Positions 58,731 to 64,000 of a stretch of DNA of 64,000 nt are shown here, piece after piece (the first letter of the stretch is position 1; each line of letters starts with the position of its first letter). A model generated the notes under the pieces. That model saw only the letters and a list, made by a program, of their open reading frames with translations, made no database searches and was not told the origin of the DNA. A program made the translations under genes and the position numbers. Where the stretch lies: assembly GCF_028368995.1 (NCBI RefSeq), contig NZ_JAQNDL010000003.1, forward strand, positions 2,464,001 to 2,528,000, written 5' to 3'. This DNA is from Nannocystis bainbridge (GTDB taxonomy: Bacteria > Myxococcota_A > Polyangia > Nannocystales > Nannocystaceae).

Positions 58731-58814
58731 TGCTTCGAGAGACATGCTCCAACGAGCATGCTCTCCAGGACAGGTTCGATCGAACATGCTCGATCGGGCA
58801 TGTTCGAGAGGGCA
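58731..58814. repeat. Six-unit array of the 14-bp dyad at a convergent spacer
   Basis: TGCTTCGAGAGACA TGCTCCAACGAGCA TGCTCTCCAGGACA GGTTCGATCGAACA TGCTCGATCGGGCA TGTTCGAGAGGGCA. Confidence 0.85.
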
Positions 58815-58959
58815 TGCCGTGCAGCGCCGGCATGCGGCGAGGAGCTGACCGCCCGCGCGCCCGGCTCGCGCCTGCATCCGTGCCGGGCCCGGGCGCTCGC
58901 GAGCAGGCGCAGGCCAGCGAGCCGCGTCGGCTCGGGACCTGCGCCTCACCGCGGTCGGC

Positions 58960-61900
58960 TCAGTTGGGCAGCGTCGGCGCCTTCTCGGGCGCGGCTGCCG
59001 GGGCCGCGGCCACCGGCGCCGGCTTGTCGCCGGCGGCCTGATCGCCAGCGGCCCTGGCGGCGAGCACGTCGGGGTGGATCTCGAGCTCGGCGAGCCCACC
59101 CGGGATCAGCAGGTCGGCGACCGGGGTGGCCTCGGCGATCACGCTGCCGTCGCGGCGCTTCAGCACGACCGGCGGGTGGGCCTTCTCGTGGGTCGCGAGC
59201 TGCTTGCCGAGCGCGGCCTGCTTCTCCTCGTCGAGCGCGGTCCAGGCCAGGCGGCCGCGGCACTTGGGGAACTTCGAGCAGCCGAGCCACGGGCCGCGCT
59301 TGCCCATGCGCAGGTTGAGCGGCGCGCCGCACTTCGGGCACGGCACGTCGACCTCGAGCGCCGGGGGCGTCGGCAGCTTGACGCCCTCTTTCTTGTCGAG
59401 GTTGATGACGAACTTCGTGTGGGGGAAGTTGACCGACGCGAGGAACGGGCCGAAGCGGCTGTTGCGGAGCTCCATGTCGGAGCCGTCGTCGGGGCAGACC
59501 ATGTCGACGCGCTCGGGCAGCAGCGGCCGGCCGTCGCGGGTGATCGGTGCCGCGTAGTCGCACTCGGGGTAGCGCGTGCACGACAGGAAGCGGCCGTTCT
59601 TGCCGAACCGGTAGCAGGTCGGCGCCCCGCACTTCGGGCACTTGTAGATCGCCGGCTGGGCCTCGGCCTTGGCGTGCGTCATCGTGTCGCTGGCGATGTC
59701 GAGCGAGCGGCGGAACCCGCCGTAGAACCGCTCGAGCATCTTCTGCCAGTCGGCGCCCTTGTCCTCGATCTCGTCGAGCTGGGCCTCCATCGCCCGCGTG
59801 TAGCCGACGTCCATCAGGTCCTTGAACGCCTCGACCAGCTTGTCGGTCACGACCTCGCCGAGGTCGGTGGCGTAGAAGCGGCGGTCGAGCTGCTCGACGT
59901 ACTTGCGCTCCTGGATGACCGAGATGATCGACGCGTAGGTCGACGGCCGGCCGATGCCCTCGGCCTCGAGCGTCTTGACCAGCGACGCCTCGGTGTAGCG
60001 CGGCGGCGGGCTCTGGAACTTCTGCTGCGGCTCGATCGAGAACGTCCCGAACGCCTGGCCCTCGCCCAGCGTCGGCAGCGTCTGCTCGTCGGTCGCCTGC
60101 ACCCCGAGCACCTTGAGGAAGCCGTCGAACGCCAGCGTGCGGCCGGTCGCCCGCACCACCGCGCCGGTCGGCTTGTCGGCGCGCTCGAACATCACCGCGG
60201 TCGCGTCCCACTGCGCCGGCGTCATCTGGCACGCCACCGTGCGGGCCCAGATCAGCGAGTACAGCTTGAACTGCTCGTCGGTCAGCGCCTCGCGCACGTC
60301 CTCGGGGCGGCGGTTGATGTCGGTCGGCCGGATCGCCTCGTGGGCCTCCTGCGCGTCCTTGTTCGACGACGTGTAGATGTTGGGCTTCTCGGGCAGGTAA
60401 GGCTCGCCGAAGCGCGCGCCGATGAAGCCGCGGATCTGCGTCAGCGCCTCGGCCGACAGCGAGACCGCGTCGGTGCGCATGTACGTGATGAGGCCGACCT
60501 GGCCCTCGCCCGGGATGTTGATGCCCTCGTACAGCTGCTGGGCCGTCCGCATGCTCCGCTGGGTCGTGAAGCCCATCTGGTTGGCGGCCGCGATCTGCAG
60601 CGACGAGGTGATGAACGGCGCCAGCGGGCGCGAGCTGGTCCGCTTGGTCTCGACCGACTTGACGCGGTAGCGCACCGCCGGGTCGACCACGCCGCTGACC
60701 GTGCGCAGCGTCCTCTGCGGGCCCTTGCCCTCCGGGTTGTCGCGCGCCGTGATCTTGACGTCGGCGAGGCCGACGGCCTCGACCGCGCGGGCGACGTCGG
60801 CGGACAGGTCGCGCGGGGCGGTGGAGACCGCCGTGAGCGCGAACTTCTCGCCGCCGAGCTCGACCAGCTCCGACTCGATCGCCGCGTGCTGCGACATCCA
60901 AGTGTTCTGCGCCTTGACGGTCGGGCCCTTGCCCTTCTCGTCGACGGTGGCGAGGTAGGTGGCCCACGCGGCGGTCAGCGGCTGGGCCTGGGCCGGGTCG
61001 ACGCACAGGCGGACGGTGACCTCCCAGCGCTCGTCGGGCACGAAGGCCGCGATCTCGCGCTCGCGCTCGACGATCAGCTTGACCGCGACCGACTGCACGC
61101 GCCCGGCGGACAGCCCGCGCGCGACCTTCTTCCACAGCAGCGGCGACGCCTGGTAGCCGACGATGCGGTCGAGGATGCGGCGCGCCTGCTGGGCGTTGAC
61201 CTTGTTGACGTCGATCGGCCGCGGGTTGGCGAACGCGCGGTGCACGGCCTGCTGCGTGATCGCGTTGAACACCACGCGACGGGCCGCCTGCGGCGGGATC
61301 TTGAGCTCCTCCGCGAGGTGCCAGGCGATCGCCTCCCCCTCGCGGTCAAGGTCCGTCGCGAACCACACTTGCGACGCGTTCTTCGCCAGCCGCTTGAGGT
61401 CGGCGACCGTCTTGCTCTTATTGGTCAGGACCACGTAGGTCGGGCGGAAGCCGTGCTCGAGATCGACCCCGGGCACCGGCTGCTTGGCGCCCTTCTCCGA
61501 TTTGGTCGGCAGGTCGCGGATGTGGCCGACCGACGCCTGCACCACGAAGTTCGGGCCGAGGTACTTGTTGATCGTCTTGGCCTTCGCGGGGCTCTCGACG
61601 ATGACCAGCTGCTTGCCGCGCGCCGACGCGCCTTCGCTGCCGGCCTCGTCCTCGTCGCCCTCCTCGGGCGCCTCCGCGGGCTCGGCCTTGGCCTTGGGTG
61701 CCTTGGCCGCCTTGGGTGCCTTGGCCGCCTTGGGCGTCGCGGCCTTGGCGGCCTTCTTCGCCGGGGCCTTCTTCGCGGCCGCCTTCTTCGCCGCGCCGCC
61801 CTCGGCGGGCTCGGCGGCCTTCTTCGCGGCCTTCTTGGCGGCCTCCTTGGGGGCGCCTTCCTCGGCGTCCTCCGCGGCCTTCTTCGCGGCTTTGGGCTTC

Positions 61901-62004
61901 GCCGGCGAGGCCGCCTCGGTCGCCTTCGCCTTCACCTTGGCGACCTTGCGGGTCTTGGTGGGGGCGTCGGTCTTGGTGCCGTCTGCAGAAGAAGCTCGCG
62001 CCAT
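58960..62004 (-). CDS. topA: DNA topoisomerase I with N-terminal Lys/Ala-rich extension
   Basis: LVIVESPAKAKTI, ATDLDREGEAIAWH, SAGRVQS, ITYMRTD, QEAHEAIRPT, GIGRPSTYA, C-terminal zinc ribbons. Confidence 0.96.
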   Translation of the reverse strand: MARASSADGTKTDAPTKTRKVAKVKAKATEAASPAKPKAAKKAAEDAEEGAPKEAAKKAAKKAAEPAEGGAAKKAAAKKAPAKKAAKAATPKAAKAPKAAKAPKAKAEPAEAPEEGDEDEAGSEGASARGKQLVIVESPAKAKTINKYLGPNFVVQASVGHIRDLPTKSEKGAKQPVPGVDLEHGFRPTYVVLTNKSKTVADLKRLAKNASQVWFATDLDREGEAIAWHLAEELKIPPQAARRVVFNAITQQAVHRAFANPRPIDVNKVNAQQARRILDRIVGYQASPLLWKKVARGLSAGRVQSVAVKLIVEREREIAAFVPDERWEVTVRLCVDPAQAQPLTAAWATYLATVDEKGKGPTVKAQNTWMSQHAAIESELVELGGEKFALTAVSTAPRDLSADVARAVEAVGLADVKITARDNPEGKGPQRTLRTVSGVVDPAVRYRVKSVETKRTSSRPLAPFITSSLQIAAANQMGFTTQRSMRTAQQLYEGINIPGEGQVGLITYMRTDAVSLSAEALTQIRGFIGARFGEPYLPEKPNIYTSSNKDAQEAHEAIRPTDINRRPEDVREALTDEQFKLYSLIWARTVACQMTPAQWDATAVMFERADKPTGAVVRATGRTLAFDGFLKVLGVQATDEQTLPTLGEGQAFGTFSIEPQQKFQSPPPRYTEASLVKTLEAEGIGRPSTYASIISVIQERKYVEQLDRRFYATDLGEVVTDKLVEAFKDLMDVGYTRAMEAQLDEIEDKGADWQKMLERFYGGFRRSLDIASDTMTHAKAEAQPAIYKCPKCGAPTCYRFGKNGRFLSCTRYPECDYAAPITRDGRPLLPERVDMVCPDDGSDMELRNSRFGPFLASVNFPHTKFVINLDKKEGVKLPTPPALEVDVPCPKCGAPLNLRMGKRGPWLGCSKFPKCRGRLAWTALDEEKQAALGKQLATHEKAHPPVVLKRRDGSVIAEATPVADLLIPGGLAELEIHPDVLAARAAGDQAAGDKPAPVAAAPAAAPEKAPTLPN

Positions 62005-62045
62005 GCGGGTCACGTGTGAGACGAGATACAGGAAGGAAGGGCAAG

Positions 62046-62085
62046 AAAAAAGCCCCGGACCTGGCGCCGCCAGGTCCACCGGAGC
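62046..62085 (-). terminator. Intrinsic terminator about 40 bp upstream of topA
   Basis: Minus strand GCTCCGGTGGACCTGG-CGGCG-CCAGGTCCGGGGC-TTTTTT. Confidence 0.75.
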
Positions 62086-62334
62086 CTACCTCTTTAATAG
62101 AAGCCTCACGGCGGCGCCAGCGGGACGGGATGCGACGCACGGGGGCGTCGAGCGCGGTCTGGCGGTCCGAGCGCGAGTTCAGGTCCAGGACGGGAGCATT
62201 GCGCCTCTGGGGTGGAGGAGCAAGATCCCGACGCGCGGTTCTGGTCGTGCGATCTCGGCGCGCCGAGATCGTTGCTCGTCGCCCCTGGCGATCTTACGCG
62301 CGGGCGCGCGACGCGGCCGCGGCGCCCGAGGGCT

Positions 62335-63057
62335 TCACACGCCCGGCGCCGCGCCGGTGCAGCGCGGCACGTAGTCCGGGTTCTTCATCTCGCACACGTC
62401 CTCGATGCACGGGCAGCCGAGCGCGTAGCAGTAGCCGCGCGAGCTGGCGACGCCGAGCTGCTCGATGCAGTCGATCAGGCTCTTCTGGTCGCCCTGCGAG
62501 AAGACCGTGCAGCCCTCGGCGAACGCGTCCTGGTTGGTCGCGTGCTGCGGGCCCCAGCCGGTGCGCTTGGCGACGATGTCGGTGCCGTTGGCCGCGCGCC
62601 ACTTGCCGTCGACCATGATGCAGTCGCGGGCCGGGTCGAGCTCCTGCGTCTGGCAGCACTGCGAGCCCGTGCAGATCTCGTTGATCGTGGCCGTGTCCCA
62701 CTTCGGGTTGCACGGCACCGGGCAGCCGTTGATGAGCGGGCTGTCGAAGCCCGTCTTGACGCACATGCCCTGGGTGCTGAGCGCGTTGTTGTTGTCGGAG
62801 AACAGCGGCGCCCCGTACCGATCGTTGCTGACCCCGTCCATGTGGTAGTTCGGCAGCTTGCCGCCGACGGTCGCCGGATCGTCCGAGCAGCACGTCTCCT
62901 CGCCCGGGCAGCCGTTGTCGCCTTGCTTGGTCGCCTGGGCCGGGTTGCAGCGGAACGACGGGATATCGAGCTCCGGCTCGAAGCACGCGACCGAGGTCAC
63001 GGCGCCCACGCTAAACAGGGCGGCGTAGGTCAGGGCAGTCTTGAGGAGGTTCAACAC
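62335..63057 (-). CDS. Cys-rich lipoprotein of unknown function
   Basis: SVAC lipobox; many Cys including CC pairs; AAGGAG RBS before GTG. Confidence 0.8.
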   Translation of the reverse strand: MLNLLKTALTYAALFSVGAVTSVACFEPELDIPSFRCNPAQATKQGDNGCPGEETCCSDDPATVGGKLPNYHMDGVSNDRYGAPLFSDNNNALSTQGMCVKTGFDSPLINGCPVPCNPKWDTATINEICTGSQCCQTQELDPARDCIMVDGKWRAANGTDIVAKRTGWGPQHATNQDAFAEGCTVFSQGDQKSLIDCIEQLGVASSRGYCYALGCPCIEDVCEMKNPDYVPRCTGAAPGV

Positions 63058-63412
63058 GGACTCCTTGCGGCAGCGTCAACGTGGCACATCCGGCCACAGC
63101 TTGTAAAGCATCCGTCGCGCCCGCCCGCCTGCGCCACCTCGCACTCGCCGCTCGCCGCCTCGCGTCCGCCGCCATTTGTCCATGTGGCTGCAGCCGCGGC
63201 GCCACGCGACCGCCGCCGTGCACGCGTCCCCACGTACACGCGGCGGCCCGAATGGCGAGGACGGCGTGGCGCGTATCGACCGTGTGTCCACTTCTTCACG
63301 ACCGTCCGCACCGCTGCGCGATGACTTCGCGCGCCCGGCTCAGGACACGCGCTGTCCGCATCCCGGCCAGGCTTTTGGCAGTTCCCCCGCGCCCAGCTAT
63401 CCTCGCTCCACC

Positions 63413-64000
63413 ATGACAGTACCGCTGGGTCTCGGGGCCTCGCCCCGGCTCGTGCGCGCGCGACCGCTTGCGGTGCGCTGGAGCGCGATTTTCGCCCTCT
63501 GTTTCGCCTGCTCGAGCACCCCACCTGCGGATCTCCCCTCCGCACCGGAGCCCGAGGTCCCCACCGGAGCCGCCTCCGGCGCCGTGCCGCGCCGGCCCGA
63601 CGAACCCACCGCGCCCCCGGCCGCCCTGGTGTTCCCCAAGACCAGCCAGCGCGAGCAGCCCGCGGGCCACGCCTGGGTGTTCGACGGCTCCGGCGGCGAG
63701 CCCAAGCGGCAGGAGATCGCCGCGGTCGAGGCCGCCGGCTACACGGTCGTCGACCTCGGCAACGGCTGGGTCCCGTACATCTTCAGCGAGAAGACCGTCG
63801 CCGTCGACGACAACCAGCCCAACGACTACCGCAAGCGCTACGTCGACCTCGCCAACAACCGCGTCGACGCCGACGGCGAGGCGCTCGACAAGCACGAGCG
63901 CAACTTCCTCGAGCTGTACGGGATCCCGCCGACGCTCCAGGTCGTCGCCGGCGAGTGGCGCGCCGTCGACGGCGAGATCGGCCCGTGTCTCGAGGCCGCC
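63413..64000 (+). CDS. Lipoprotein, 5' part only (runs off the window); absent from the ORF track
   Basis: Open frame from ATG 63413: ...AIFALCFACS...GYTVVDLGNGWVPYIFSE...NDYRKRYVDLANN...FLELYGIPPT. Confidence 0.75.
   Translation, partial: MTVPLGLGASPRLVRARPLAVRWSAIFALCFACSSTPPADLPSAPEPEVPTGAASGAVPRRPDEPTAPPAALVFPKTSQREQPAGHAWVFDGSGGEPKRQEIAAVEAAGYTVVDLGNGWVPYIFSEKTVAVDDNQPNDYRKRYVDLANNRVDADGEALDKHERNFLELYGIPPTLQVVAGEWRAVDGEIGPCLEAA

Noticed and set aside
62171-62205. CAGGTCCAGGACGGGAGCA resembles SRP RNA domain IV
   Set aside because: The loop is not a GNRA tetraloop and the flanking pairs do not form; the nearby terminator is on the opposite strand.
62250-62271. Perfect 22-bp palindrome CGATCTCGGCGCGCCGAGATCG
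   Set aside because: Only one copy was seen, downstream of a gene; most simply a 3' hairpin, and no further claim is supportable.

Overview
A high-GC chromosomal segment, very likely from a myxobacterium (Nannocystis/Polyangium-like), judged from Myxococcales Cys-rich repeats, a MYXO-CTERM tail, an AgmX/PglI-type protein, fibro-slime lipoproteins and an exported ferritin-like protein. About 50 real CDSs sit among many GC-rich shadow ORFs. Recognisable genes include topA, rtcB, phoD, acyP, amrS-amrB, a Tat-exported PaoABC/YagTSR-like molybdoenzyme operon, a sulfite/nitrite reductase, a deoxynucleoside kinase and several peptidases. I found no rRNA, tRNA, CRISPR array or transposase. The strongest unexplained signal is a 14-bp dyad, TGTCY-N4-RGACA. 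It has at least 13 exact copies plus many near copies, forms head-to-tail arrays of 3-8 units mainly at convergent gene ends, and is also written into coding sequence using A/T-ending codons that are rare here. Other candidates are a cytochrome c-outer-membrane barrel fusion with a partner lipoprotein cytochrome, a sigma54 activator/HO-like diiron oxidase/acyltransferase mini-cluster with a visible sigma54 promoter, a coupled helical protein-HEPN pair, and structured RNA candidates upstream of rtcB and topA. All family calls come from recognising motifs by eye, not from database searches.
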